Positions 18,142-29,067 of a stretch of DNA of 64,000 bases are shown here, one piece after another. The notes beneath the pieces are model-generated. The model did no database searches. It worked only from the letters and a program-made list of their open reading frames with translations, and was not told where the DNA came from. Both the position numbers and the translations under genes were made by a program. Source of the stretch: an uncultured delta proteobacterium. GTDB lineage: Bacteria; Myxococcota; Myxococcia; Myxococcales; Anaeromyxobacteraceae. Each line of letters starts with the position of its first letter. Positions within the stretch are counted from its first letter, which is position 1. The stretch lies in assembly GCA_963845515.1 (NCBI GenBank), contig CAWJSR010000057.1, positions 128,001 through 192,000 on the forward strand. The letters are read 5' to 3'.

Positions 18142-18663
18142 CTACTCGAATCGGTACTGGACGCCGAGTCCGCCTCCGAATGACACGACCCGGCTCTGAC
18201 CCGCGCCAGCCGCGATGAAGCCGGTGGTCAACACTCCGAAGTTACGTGAGAAATCGTACATGAACCCCAGGCCGACCAGCGGGCCGATGGCGAGGCGATC
18301 GGCGACCGACCCCCAGATGCCGATATCGAGGATGGTCTTGAACTCTTCGGTCCCCACGCACGCGCGATAGCGCGTATCGATCACGACGCGCACCCGATCG
18401 GCACCTTCGCTGGCGCGATCGAGGACCGAAAGGGTTGCCCCGAAGAAGAGCTCGTTCCCGTCACCCGATGGGTCGAACCCCCACGCGACGCGCACCGCTC
18501 CGCGCGCAGCGCTCGTCGACGTCGCGCCGGTCCAGAGCACGTCCTTCACCAGCAGCGCCTCCGCGGTCGGGCCCTGCTGGTCGCGATGGTCGAAACGAGG
18601 CTCGAGCGCACCGGCGAGCGCAGGCAGCAGCCACGCCATGCAGGCGAGGACGCGAGCGGTCAC
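18142..18663 (-). CDS. Putative small outer-membrane beta-barrel protein
   Basis: GTG start, signal peptide ending AGA-LEP, alternating beta strands, terminal GVQYRFE; merged with the upstream gene in the ORF track by a probable +1 error. Confidence 0.65.
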   Translation of the reverse strand: MTARVLACMAWLLPALAGALEPRFDHRDQQGPTAEALLVKDVLWTGATSTSAARGAVRVAWGFDPSGDGNELFFGATLSVLDRASEGADRVRVVIDTRYRACVGTEEFKTILDIGIWGSVADRLAIGPLVGLGFMYDFSRNFGVLTTGFIAAGAGQSRVVSFGGGLGVQYRFE

Positions 18664-18695
18664 GTGGCCACCGTCAGGGCGCGCCCGATACGCCC

Positions 18696-19350
18696 CTACT
18701 TCCTTCTTCGGCTTGGCGGCGCCCTTCTTCGCGCCTGCCTTCTTGCCGCCCTTCACCTTGGCCGGCTTGCCTCGCCGCGGACGCTGGCCGCCGGTCAGCC
18801 GCCCGAACTCGGCGGGGCCCATCAGCTTCGCGTCCACGAGCCCCTGGAACACCTTCACGACGCTCTGCTCGATCGACTCCTGATCGGTCTTGAGCGTGAC
18901 CTCGGCGTGCTGCGGCGGCTCGTAGGGGATGTCGACGCCGGGGACGTTCTTCGCCTCGCCGGAGAGCGCCCGCTTGTAGGTACCCTGGGGATCGCGCTCC
19001 ATCAGCTTGTCCATGGAGCAGTCGACGAAGACCTCGGCGAAGCGCTTGGCCTCCTTGCGGAGCTGGTCGCGCACGTCACGCCACGGGGAGAGCGCCGCGC
19101 AGACCGCGATCCCGCCCGATCGCGCGACGGCCTTCGCGACGAAGCCGATCCGGCGCACGATGCGCGCGTGATCCTCGCGCGAGTCGGCGAGCCCCTCGAG
19201 CAGCGCCTTTACGTCGCCGTCCTCGTCGAGGAGCTCGACTGCGCGCCCAGACGCGGTGAGCCGGTTCGCTACCAGCTTCGCGAGCGTGCTCTTCCCTGCG
19301 CGCTTCATGCCCGTAAGCCAGATCACGAACCCGGTCGACTGCGTATCCAT
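18696..19350 (-). CDS. cysC: Adenylyl-sulfate kinase-like protein (divergent), Lys-rich tail; stop displaced by a probable +1 error
   Basis: WLTG...GKSTLA, RRIGFVA, ALSP, EVFVD, RDPQG.YKRA, PYEPP; AAG AAG G AAG TAG near 18700 suggests one extra G. Confidence 0.75.
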
Positions 19351-19424
19351 GTGCCCTCCGAGGCAGTCCCCAATCGGGCGGCGAAGGCGCCGTCGCCAAC
19401 GAGATGACCGCGAAATCGTTGGCG

Positions 19425-19453
19425 ATTATATCCATGGACTGGCTGGATGCCAA
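19425..19453 (-). promoter_or_regulatory. Sigma-70-type promoter of the cysC-like gene
   Basis: TTGGCA-N17-TATAAT. Confidence 0.7.
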
Positions 19454-19510
19454 ATTGCCGCCCCATTGACCCAATTCCGGATTGTCCCGTGGCGTCAAAT
19501 GGTTGGGCAG

Positions 19511-20197
19511 CTATCGGGCGATTTCGCCTCCGCAGGCGCAGCCCGCGAGCCGCCCGGTGGCCCGCACCGATGGTACGCCTCGCGTCAGGTCGACCCGCCG
19601 TCCCTTCGTCGCATCGGGCGCGGCGAGGACCAGGATCAGCTCCTCCGCGGCGAGGGCGGAGAGCGCCGCGCCGCCCGCTGACGGGGGGCGCCCGGCGCGG
19701 CCGATGGAGCGCGCGCAGGCGTAGCAGGGCGCACCGACGGGAACCGACACGACCACCCCTCCCTCCCCGTCGGTCTCCACCACGACGTGAGGGAGGCCCT
19801 CGCGACGCGCGCGCTCCGCCGCGGCGACGGCCTGAACGCTCGACACGGCGAAGACGATCGCGGCCGTCGCCACGCTGTCCGGAACGAGCGGCTCGGCCGT
19901 GACGAACCTGGACCGCTCGCGGAGCGCCGCCGAGACGACCTGGGCACGTGGCTCCCCCACGCTGGATGGCGGGAAGAGCCAGTGGCCGGCGTCGGCCGGT
20001 GAGACCGGCTCCGGATCGTCGATCCAGATCGTCCCCACGCCCGCCAGCGCCAGGTAGAGGATGCCCGGGGCCGCGGCGGCGGAGGCGCCGATCACGCGAA
20101 CTCTTGCGCTCCCCAGCCGCTCCTGGCCGGCGTGGCCGATGGCCGGGATGACGAGCTGCCTCGAGTAGCGTGCGATGCGGGCGGCGTCGAGCGTCAC
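19511..20197 (-). CDS. ThiF/MoeB-family protein with degenerate adenylation site (retains RYSRQ)
   Basis: ARYSRQLVIPAIGHAGQERL; GASAAA in place of GxGxxG; no SNLNRQ; PCYAC and GCAC retained; GTGA overlap. Confidence 0.85.
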   Translation of the reverse strand: MTLDAARIARYSRQLVIPAIGHAGQERLGSARVRVIGASAAAAPGILYLALAGVGTIWIDDPEPVSPADAGHWLFPPSSVGEPRAQVVSAALRERSRFVTAEPLVPDSVATAAIVFAVSSVQAVAAAERARREGLPHVVVETDGEGGVVVSVPVGAPCYACARSIGRAGRPPSAGGAALSALAAEELILVLAAPDATKGRRVDLTRGVPSVRATGRLAGCACGGEIAR

Positions 20198-20898
20198 TGG
20201 GGCTCCCCCGAGCCGGCGGCGGGCGAGGCTCCGCAGGCCGCGCAGCCCTCGCGGCGCCGGACCATCACCAGCCTCGCCCGCGCGGAGCTGGCCTCGAACG
20301 CGAGCAGCCTTCCGACGTAGGCGCCCCGCTCCCCCGTGAGGAGCCGGACCGCCTCCGCCGCCATCAGCGCGCCCGCGAACCCGGCGAGCGCACCGAGCAC
20401 CCCCGCCTCCGCGTTGGATGGCATCGAGTCCGCCGGCGGAGGCTCCTCGAAGAGGCAGCGGAGGCAGCCTGCGGGCCCTGGAACGACCGTGAGGAGCTGC
20501 GCCGTCGTGCGGAGGATCCCGCCGTGCACCAGCGGCTTCTTCAGCGCGACCGCAGTGTCGTTCGCCAGGAACTTGGTGGCGAAGTTGTCGGAGCCGTCGA
20601 CGACCACGTCGACCGACCGGACCAGCTCCGCCGCGTTCGCGGCGCCGAAGCGCTCGTCGAGCGGCTCGAGCCGCGCCCCAGGGGCGAGGGCGCGAAGCCG
20701 CTCTGCGGCGACCGCCACCTTGCGCGCCCCGAGGTCGGCCTCCCGGAAGAATGGCTGGCGGTTCAGGTTGCTGGTCTCGACCGCGTCGGCGTCCATCAGG
20801 ACGAGTCGACCGATGCCGGCGGCGGCCAGCGTGTAGAGCGCCGGGCCACCCAACCCGCCGGTCCCTATGACCAGCGCGCTCTTTCCCGAGAGCGGCAT
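20194..20898 (-). CDS. ThiF/MoeB-family adenylyltransferase lacking the N-terminal RYSRQ segment
   Basis: GTGGLG, D..ETSNLNRQ, K, DGSDN, CLRC/CAAC; PSNAEAG in place of PSCAEAG. Confidence 0.92.
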   Translation of the reverse strand: MPLSGKSALVIGTGGLGGPALYTLAAAGIGRLVLMDADAVETSNLNRQPFFREADLGARKVAVAAERLRALAPGARLEPLDERFGAANAAELVRSVDVVVDGSDNFATKFLANDTAVALKKPLVHGGILRTTAQLLTVVPGPAGCLRCLFEEPPPADSMPSNAEAGVLGALAGFAGALMAAEAVRLLTGERGAYVGRLLAFEASSARARLVMVRRREGCAACGASPAAGSGEPQ

Positions 20899-20902
20899 CC
20901 CC

Positions 20903-22565
20903 CTACTTCTTCTGGCCGAAGATGCGGCCGAAGAGCCCCTTCTTCTCGTCGCCCCTCGGCGGCTCGATCGGGCGCGCCCCTCGCGGCGCGGTCTGCGGCT
21001 CGGGGAGCTGCAGCTTCTTGCGGAGCGCCTCCGGCGTGTCGACGGTGGCGAACCGGAGCTCGGTCACCTTGCCGGTGGTGAGATCGCGCGCCGTGACGTC
21101 GAGGATCCCCTCGTTTCCGACGGCGAACTCCACCGCGACCCTCACCTCCCCCTTGCGGCCGCGAGCGGAGCCCGCCGACCTGCACGGTCCCCAGGTACTC
21201 GCACTCGGCCACCTTCGAGGAGTCGCCCTGGAACACCTGCAGCTCCAGCTCGGTCTGGCCGTCGCGCGTCGTGGCGTGCTCGTAGGCCTTTCGGACCGGC
21301 AGCCTCGTGTTGCGCGGGAGCACGGTCGCCATGCGCCCGCCCGGCAGCGCGATCCCGATCCCCATGGCGAGCACGTCGATCAGCACCACCGAGTCCACGC
21401 GGTGGGCCGAGTCGGCGAGCAGCGCAGCGCCGAGCGCGACCGCCTCGTCCGGGTGGACGCTGTGGTTCGGCTCCCGGCCGAAGGCCTCCTTGATCCGGCG
21501 CCAGATGAGCGGCATGCGGCTCTGTCCGCCGACCAGGAGCACCTCGTCCACGTCCTTGGGCTCCAGCCCCTTCGCGGCGAGGACCTCGCGGCAGACCTCG
21601 AGCGTCCGCTCGACGAGCTGGCCGGTGAGCCCCTCCAGGTCGGCGCGGCTCACCCGGGCGTCCAGCTCGCAGTCCTTGCCGTCCGGGTCCTTGCAGAGGA
21701 ACGGCACGTGAGCCACCGCGCCCTCGGCCGACGAGAGCGCGATCTTGGTCTCCTCGGCGACGTCCCGGATCCGCTGCCACGCGACCCGGTCGGCCGGCGG
21801 ATAGAACCCGTGGGCCTCGAAGAAGCCGTAGGCGAGGTGGTCCACGAGCTGCGCGTCGAAGTCGACGCCGCCCAGGAAGGTGTCGCCCCCGGTCGAGACC
21901 ACCTCGTAGACGTCCCCCTGGATCTCCAGGACCGAGGCGTCGAAGGTGCCTCCCCCGAGGTCGTAGACGAGCACGCGCTTCTCGAGCCCGCGGCCGTAGC
22001 CGAAGGCGAGGGCCGCCGCCGTCGGCTCGTTGACGATGCGCTCGATCTCCAGCCCCGCCAGCTTCCCGGCCTCACGGACGGCGTTCCGCTGGTGGTCGTT
22101 GTAGTAGGCCGGGACGGTGACGACGGCGCGGGAGACCGGCTCGCCGAGGGCGCTGCTCGCCATCTCCCGCAGCTCCTCGAGGACGAAGGCGGAGATCTGC
22201 TGGAGCGAGAGCTGGCTCTCGCCGATCTGGACGGCCGCCTCACCTCCGGCCCCCTCCACGATCTCGTAGTTGAAGCGATCGCGGCAGGCCTGGACCGTCG
22301 GGCTCGCGAAGGGGCGCCCGACCAGCCGCTTCGCCCCGTAGACCGTCCGTGCCGGGTTCACGATCATCTGGGACTTCGCCGGCTGCCCGACGAGTCGCTT
22401 GCCCTGGCCGTCGAAGGCGATGACCGACGGGAGCGTCCGGTACCCCTGCCTCGACTCGAGCACCTTCGCCTTCCCGCCGTCGGCGAGCGCCACGCACGAG
22501 TTGGTGGTCCCCAGGTCGATGCCTACGATCCGCCCCGCGCGGGCGGCCTTGGGAGGTGATTCCAT
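20903..22565 (-). CDS. Hsp70-family protein, frameshifted near 21150-21170 (probable sequencing error)
   Basis: GIDLGTTNS, NEPTAAALAFG, DLGGGTFD, PDEAVALGAA; C-terminus VRVAVEFAVGNEGILDVTARD continues in the +1 frame to 20903. Confidence 0.9.
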
Positions 22566-22706
22566 CGGCTCGATTCTACCGGCTCCGGCGCGCACCGCCA
22601 GTTGGAGCGGCTCCAGCCGGGAGCGCGCGCCCCGAATTCCGCGTCATTCGCCAGACCGCCCTTGCGGCCCGGGCGGGCCTTTGTTAGAAAGCGGCCCTCC
22701 TTGAAA

Positions 22707-22788
22707 GCCCAGGTGGTGGAACTGGTAGACACACCATCTTGAGGGGGTGGCGCCGTGAGGCGTGCGAGTTCGAATCTCGCCCTGGGCA
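22707..22788 (+). tRNA. tRNA-Leu(GAG), CCA not encoded
   Basis: GCCCAGG/CCTGGGC+A; D arm GGTGGAACTGGTAGACAC; anticodon CCATC-TT-GAG-GG-GGTGG; GCGAG-TTCGAAT-CTCGC. Confidence 0.96.
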
Positions 22789-22801
22789 CTCTAGAGACGA
22801 A

Positions 22802-22840
22802 GAAGGGGATCGGGCCAAAACCCGATCCCCTTCCGCTTTT
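22802..22840. terminator. Probable bidirectional terminator between tRNA-Leu and secG
   Basis: GAAGGGGATCGGG-ccaaaa-CCCGATCCCCTTC followed by CGCTTTT. Confidence 0.75.
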
Positions 22841-22865
22841 CAGGGCGCTGAGGTGACGCCGGCTG

Positions 22866-23228
22866 CTACTTCGCCGGCGGGGTCCCGTGGGACGGCGCGC
22901 CAGGCGCAGCAGGCTGCGGCGCAGGGACGGGAACCGGGGCCGGAGCGGTCCCGGCGGGCCCCTGCACAGGCGCGGCCTCCCGGCCGACGACCGACGAGCT
23001 ACGGGAAGCCATGTGGGAGAGCGCGACGGACGTGATCATGAAGATGATCGCGGCCCCCGACGTGAGCTTGCCGAGGAAGGTCGTGGCCCCGCGGCCGCCG
23101 AACACCGTCTGGGAGCCCGCGCCGCCGAAGGCGCCGCCCATTCCCCCGCCCTTGCCTGCCTGCAGCAGGATCACGAGGATGAGGAAGATACAGACGACGA
23201 TGTGGACGATGGTGATGAACGTGGTCAC
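22866..23228 (-). CDS. secG: Preprotein translocase subunit SecG
   Basis: [31 protein letters not shown]; follows tpiA. Confidence 0.95.
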   Translation of the reverse strand: MTTFITIVHIVVCIFLILVILLQAGKGGGMGGAFGGAGSQTVFGGRGATTFLGKLTSGAAIIFMITSVALSHMASRSSSVVGREAAPVQGPAGTAPAPVPVPAPQPAAPGAPSHGTPPAK

Positions 23229-23983
23229 CGAGTTGCACCTTTCACGATGGCGACGAAGTCCGCCGCCTTGAGGCTGGCCCCGCCGACGAGCGCGCCGTCG
23301 ACGTCTGGCTGGGAGATGAGCTCCGCGGCGTTCTCGGGCTTCACCGAGCCACCGTACTGGATTCGGATCGTGTCCGCCAACGCGCCGCCGAGCTCGCGGA
23401 GGATGGCGCGGATGGCCGCGTGGACCTCCTGGGCCTGCGCAGAGGTGGCGGTCTTGCCGGTCCCGATGGCCCAGACCGGCTCGTAGGCCACGGTCACCGC
23501 CGCCAGCTCCGCCTTGAAGCCTGAGAGGCCGGCGCGGACCTGCCGTCCGACCACCTCGAGCGTCCTGCCCGCCTCGCGCTCGGCGAGCGTCTCGCCCACG
23601 CAGACTATCGGCAGCATCCCAGCGGCCAGGACTGCCCCGGTCTTCTTCCGCACCGACTCGTCGGTCTCCCCGAAGAGCTGGCGCCGCTCGCTGTGGCCCA
23701 CGATGACGTGGCGGCAGCCCACCTCGGCGAGCATCGGGGCCGAGATCTCACCGGTGAAGGCGCCCTGCGCCTCCCAGTGGACGTTCTGCGCCGCGAGCTC
23801 GACCGGACCGCCGGCGAGCGCCTGGCGAACGGCGTGGAGCGCCGTGAACGGCGGCGCGATGGCCACTTGGACCGGCAGCGCGCCGACCCCCTCGCTGACC
23901 TCGCGCGCGAGGGCGATGGCCTCGGCCACCGTCCGATGCATTTTCCAGTTACCGCAGACGAACTTTCGACGCGCCACTGTCAC
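23225..23983 (-). CDS. tpiA: Triosephosphate isomerase
   Basis: [40 protein letters not shown]. Confidence 0.97.
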   Translation of the reverse strand: MTVARRKFVCGNWKMHRTVAEAIALAREVSEGVGALPVQVAIAPPFTALHAVRQALAGGPVELAAQNVHWEAQGAFTGEISAPMLAEVGCRHVIVGHSERRQLFGETDESVRKKTGAVLAAGMLPIVCVGETLAEREAGRTLEVVGRQVRAGLSGFKAELAAVTVAYEPVWAIGTGKTATSAQAQEVHAAIRAILRELGGALADTIRIQYGGSVKPENAAELISQPDVDGALVGGASLKAADFVAIVKGATR

Positions 23984-25170
23984 TCCTCGCAGGCCTTCAC
24001 GCCGGGGAGCTCGCGCCCCTCGATGAACTCCAGGCTCGCACCGCCTCCGGTGGAGACGTGCGTCATCTTGTCGACGAGGCCAGCCTCCTCCACCGCCGCC
24101 GCGCTGTCGCCGCCGCCGACCACCGTGATGGCCTTCGACTGGGCCATCGCCTTGGCGATGCCGAACGTCCCCTCGGCCCACGGCTTCTGCTCGAAGAGCC
24201 CCATCGGACCGTTCCAGAAGACGGTGCCGGCGTCGAGGACGCGCTGCCGGTACCGGTCGAGCGTCTTCGGACCGATGTCGAGCCCCATGAGGCCGTCGGG
24301 GATCGCCGTGCCGTCGATGACCTCGCGCTTGGCGCTCTCCTTCGGCTCGGCGCCGCAGACGTGGTCGACGGGGAGGAGCAGGTCGACGCCCTTGGCCTTC
24401 GCCCGCTCCAGGATCTGGCGCGCCAGATCGAGCTTGTCCGCCTCGACCAGGCTCTTGCCGACCGCGATCTCCTGCGCCTTGAGGAAGGTGTAGGCCATGG
24501 CCCCGCCGATCAGGACGGCGTCGGCCTTGGCCATGAGGTTCTCGAGCACCTTGATCTTGTCGGAGACCTTGGCGCCCCCGACCAGCGCCACGAACGGGCG
24601 CTTTGGAGCACCCAGCGCCTTCCCCAGGTACTCGACCTCCTTGACGATGAGGAAGCCTGCCGCCCGCTCCTTGACGAACTGGGCCATGCCTGCCGTCGAG
24701 GCGTGGGCCCGGTGGGCCGTGCCGAAGGCGTCGTTGATCCAGACGTCGCAGAGGGCCGCCAGCTCGCGGCAGAAGCCCTCCTCGTTCTTCTCCTCCTCCG
24801 GATGGAACCGGAGGTTCTCGAGCAGGAGGACCTGCCCCTCCTTCAGCTCCTTCGTGAGCTTCCGGACGGCGTCGCCGACGCAGTCGTCGGCGAGGATCAC
24901 GTCCTGCCCGAGCAGCTCCGAGAGCCGCTCCGCGGCGGGCTCGAGGGTGAGCCTGGTCCGGTCCTCCGGCTTCCCCTTCGGGCGCCCGAGGTGCGACGCG
25001 AGGATGATCCTGGCCCTCGCCTTGATCGCGTGCTGGATGGTCGGCAGCGCCGCACGGATGCGTGCGTCGTCGGTGACCTTCCCCGCGTCGTCGAGCGGGA
25101 CGTTGAAGTCGACACGGATGAAGACCCGCTTGCCGGCGAGGTCGAGGGTGTCGATCGTCTTGAGGGCCAT
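23980..25170 (-). CDS. pgk: Phosphoglycerate kinase
   Basis: [47 protein letters not shown]. Confidence 0.98.
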   Translation of the reverse strand: MALKTIDTLDLAGKRVFIRVDFNVPLDDAGKVTDDARIRAALPTIQHAIKARARIILASHLGRPKGKPEDRTRLTLEPAAERLSELLGQDVILADDCVGDAVRKLTKELKEGQVLLLENLRFHPEEEKNEEGFCRELAALCDVWINDAFGTAHRAHASTAGMAQFVKERAAGFLIVKEVEYLGKALGAPKRPFVALVGGAKVSDKIKVLENLMAKADAVLIGGAMAYTFLKAQEIAVGKSLVEADKLDLARQILERAKAKGVDLLLPVDHVCGAEPKESAKREVIDGTAIPDGLMGLDIGPKTLDRYRQRVLDAGTVFWNGPMGLFEQKPWAEGTFGIAKAMAQSKAITVVGGGDSAAAVEEAGLVDKMTHVSTGGGASLEFIEGRELPGVKACEE

Positions 25171-25182
25171 GACCGCTGCCGC

Positions 25183-26190
<1,008 letters not shown>

Positions 26191-26235
26191 TCGACTGTCC
26201 CTCCAGGGGGGTGCGGGGTTTGGAAAAGGGCGCAT

Positions 26236-26264
26236 AAACTACTGCCGCACCCCTGCTCAGTCAA
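26236..26264 (-). promoter_or_regulatory. Sigma-70-type promoter of the gap operon
   Basis: TTGACT-N17-TAGTTT. Confidence 0.6.
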
Positions 26265-26361
26265 CGTCCAGATCGATGGGTGGTAGGCACCAAAAAAACG
26301 AAGAACGGCGCCGATTTCTCGGCGCCGTCCCCGGTTCGTCCACGATGCGCAGCCGATGTGT

Positions 26362-26559
26362 CTACGCGACTGCAGCGGAGCCCTGGGCCGCCTCATCGGT
26401 CGGCCGGGTCCGGTCCTTGATGTCCTGGGTGACGAGATCGATGAGCTCCGTAGACAGGCTCAGAATCTGGTTCGGGGTGTAACCCGAACCGCGCAGCTCC
26501 TTGAAAAGCGACTTGGCGAGAATCTGCGTGCCCCTGGTGTCTAGAGAAGCAGGTACCAT
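26362..26559 (-). CDS. Small hypothetical helical protein (65 aa)
   Basis: GAGGA RBS; ILAKSLFKELRGSGYTPNQILSLSTELIDLVT amphipathic helices. Confidence 0.7.
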   Translation of the reverse strand: MVPASLDTRGTQILAKSLFKELRGSGYTPNQILSLSTELIDLVTQDIKDRTRPTDEAAQGSAAVA

Positions 26560-26822
26560 TTGGCGTGTCCTCGCGATGCGCGTGCCAGCTGGGTTGCCGT
26601 GCAGCGCTGCTCGGGCGCTATCAAGAGCAATGGGCGGGCCAAGCCGTCGAGGCTCGTCGGTTCCCCGTAATTTCAGTTATTTGCACAGCGGCTGTCGGCC
26701 ATCGCCCCACATGGAGCTGCATAGCGGGCTTCGCACTTGGCTGCGGCCGGCAGTGAAAGCGCGAAGCGTCCTTCGCGGGCTCCCCGCCGTGCCAAAGGCT
26801 GCGTGAAATGACCCAGATTCCC

Positions 26823-28417
26823 GTGCGATACCGGGTAGTTAACATCCCACTTGCAGCTCGGCGAGCCCGACGCGAAGCTGCTCGCGCGCGCGGCCGATCG
26901 GCTCGGCGTTCGCCCCGACGACCTGCGTGCGATAGCCGTCGTGAAGCGGAGCCTCGACGCGCGGAAGAAGGGGCGCCCGCGCTGGCTCGTCTCAGTCGAG
27001 GCCACGCTCGACTCCCCGCTCCCGTCGCTCCCCGCCGACGTGACGCCCGCCCCGCCGCCAGAGCCTCCGCCTGCGCTCGCACGCGCCCCCGCCCTCCCCC
27101 CCGTCATCGTCGGGGCCGGCCCCGCGGGGCTCTTCTGCGCCTGGGCGCTGCTCGCGCGCGGTGTCAGGTCGGTGCTGGTCGACCGCGGCCGCCCGGTGGG
27201 CCCGCGTCGGCGCGACGTCGCGGAGCTCATGCGCAGCGGCCGGCTCGACCCCGAGTCCAACATGTACTTCGGCGAGGGGGGCGCCGGCGCCTTCACCGAC
27301 GGAAAGCTGGCGACCCGGATCCACCACCCAGCCGCCCGCGAGATCGTCGCGCTCTTCGCGCGGCTCGGCGGCAAGCCGGCCCTCGTCGAGGAGGCGAAGC
27401 CACATGTCGGCTCCGACGTCCTCCCCCGCGCCGTGACCGCGCTGCGCGAGGAGCTGGAGCGCGGCGGGTGCGAGTTCCACTGGGAGGCCCGCGTCACGGA
27501 TCTCGTCGTGGACGGCGGCCGCGTCCAGGGCGTGACGCTCGCCGACGGGCGCGTCCTCCGCGCCGACCGGGTGATCCTCGCCCCGGGGAACAGCGCGCGC
27601 GACCTGTTCGAGCTCTTCGTCGAGCGCGGCTGGCCGATCGAGGCGAAGCCCTTCGCGGTCGGGTTCCGGGTGGAGCACCCGCAGCCGCTCGTGAACAGGA
27701 TCCAGTATGGCCCCGTCGGCCGCGAAGCCGGCCTCCCGGCGGCCGACTACCACCTGGCTGACAACCCGCGGATCGGCGGGACAGAGCGCGGGACGTTCTC
27801 CTTCTGCATGTGCCCGGGGGGCGTGGTGGTGCCGACCCCGACCGAGCCCGGGCTCCAGTGCACCAACGGCATGTCCAACTCGAGCCGCTCCTCCGCCTGG
27901 GCGAACGCCGGCCTCGTGGTCTCGGTCTCGCCCGCGGACTTCGCCGCGGAGGGGCTGGAGGGACCGCTCGCCGGGCTGGCGTGGCAGCGCAAGTGGGAGC
28001 GCGCGGCCTTCGAGCTGGGCGGTGGCGGGTACCACGCCCCGGCGCAGCGGCTGGCCTCGTGGCTGGCGCGCAGACCCGGCGCGGCGCCGCAGCGCTCCTC
28101 CTACCGTCCCGGGCGTCCTGCAGGCGGATCTCGACCTGCTCTACCCGCAGCCGGTTCGAGACGCCTTGCGCGCCGCGCTCCGCACCTTCGATCGCCGCAT
28201 GCACGGCTTCGTAACGGACGAGGCGCTCCTCCTGGGCGTCGAGACGCGGACCAGCTCCCCCTGCAGGCTCCCGCGAGGCGAGGATCTGCAGTCCACCGCC
28301 CTCCGCGGCCTCTACCCCTGCGGCGAGGGGGCTGGCTACGCAGGCGGCATCACCTCGTCCGCGGTCGACGGCGTCCGCGTGGCCGAGGCGATCGCCGCCG
28401 AGCTGGGGCCCGCCTGA
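26823..28417 (+). CDS. FAD-dependent oxidoreductase (COG2509-like), two +1 frameshifts (~26851, ~28110)
   Basis: KRSLDARKK, VGAGPAG, FGEGGAGAFTDGKL, FCMCPGG, then GVETRTSSP and GEGAGYAGGI in the next frame. Confidence 0.85.
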
Positions 28418-28680
28418 TGCGCTACTTCGTGAAGAATCAGCTCGGAGAGGAGATGGTGGTCCCGTCGCTGACGGACCTCCACGACCTCTACAAGCACGGC
28501 TTCATCGAGGACGCGGACCTGGTCAGGGCCGAGAGCTCGGAGCGCTGGCTGATGGCGGGGAGGATGCCCGCGCTGTCGGGCGTCCGGCTCCGCAAGCGCG
28601 AGCCGGGGAAGTTCCTGCTGCTGGTGGTCGCGGCGATCGCGCTCGTCGGCGCTGATCGCGCTGCTGCTGCGCGGCGCTAA
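28417..28680 (+). CDS. Small GYF-like protein with C-terminal hydrophobic segment
   Basis: TGATG overlap; MRYFVKN..LY.HGFI..DLVR..W; LLLVVAAIALV. Confidence 0.65.
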   Translation: MRYFVKNQLGEEMVVPSLTDLHDLYKHGFIEDADLVRAESSERWLMAGRMPALSGVRLRKREPGKFLLLVVAAIALVGADRAAAARR

Positions 28681-28687
28681 GGGCGCG

Positions 28688-29050
28688 TCAGGTGCCCTTG
28701 CGGCCGTAGTCGTCCTGGACGCGGACCACGTCCTCGACCTCGGGGGTCGAGACCTCCAGGACGTCGCAGTCCGTCACCGCCCGCATCCGGTGGATGGTCC
28801 CGGGCGTCACCCGGTAGCTGTCCCCCTCGCGCATGGCGTGATCGACCAGGCTCTTCTCGTCGCCGAGGACGAGGACCATCTGGCCGCGGAACAGGTGGAT
28901 CGTCTCGTCCTTCTTCACGTGGTACTGGAGCGAGAGCTGCGAGCCCGCCTTGATGTGCAGGAGCTTCCCGACGTACCGCTCGTTGTGGGCCCACCAGAGC
29001 TCGTAACCCCAGGGCTTCTCGACACGCTTCGGCTGCTCGAACGGGTTCAT
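28688..29050 (-). CDS. Cupin (mannose-6-phosphate isomerase type II-like)
   Basis: VEKPWG, LSLQYH..KDET, PGTIHR, EVSTP..DVVR..D.YGR; alternative start 29071. Confidence 0.85.
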   Translation of the reverse strand: MNPFEQPKRVEKPWGYELWWAHNERYVGKLLHIKAGSQLSLQYHVKKDETIHLFRGQMVLVLGDEKSLVDHAMREGDSYRVTPGTIHRMRAVTDCDVLEVSTPEVEDVVRVQDDYGRKGT

Positions 29051-29067
29051 CGGCTGTTCGCTCCGGC

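Noticed and set aside
18142..19350. APS kinase-beta-barrel fusion protein
   Set aside because: An internal signal peptide and an out-of-frame TAG right after the Lys-rich tail indicate two genes joined by a +1 error.
26851..28680. FAD oxidoreductase fused to a GYF-like domain
   Set aside because: Artefact of the frameshift at ~28110; the real C-terminus ends at 28417 in another frame.
28640..28680. Sixth frameshift in the small GYF-like gene
   Set aside because: The +1 frame gives a better TM (ALIALLL) but no nearby stop; cannot be resolved from sequence alone.
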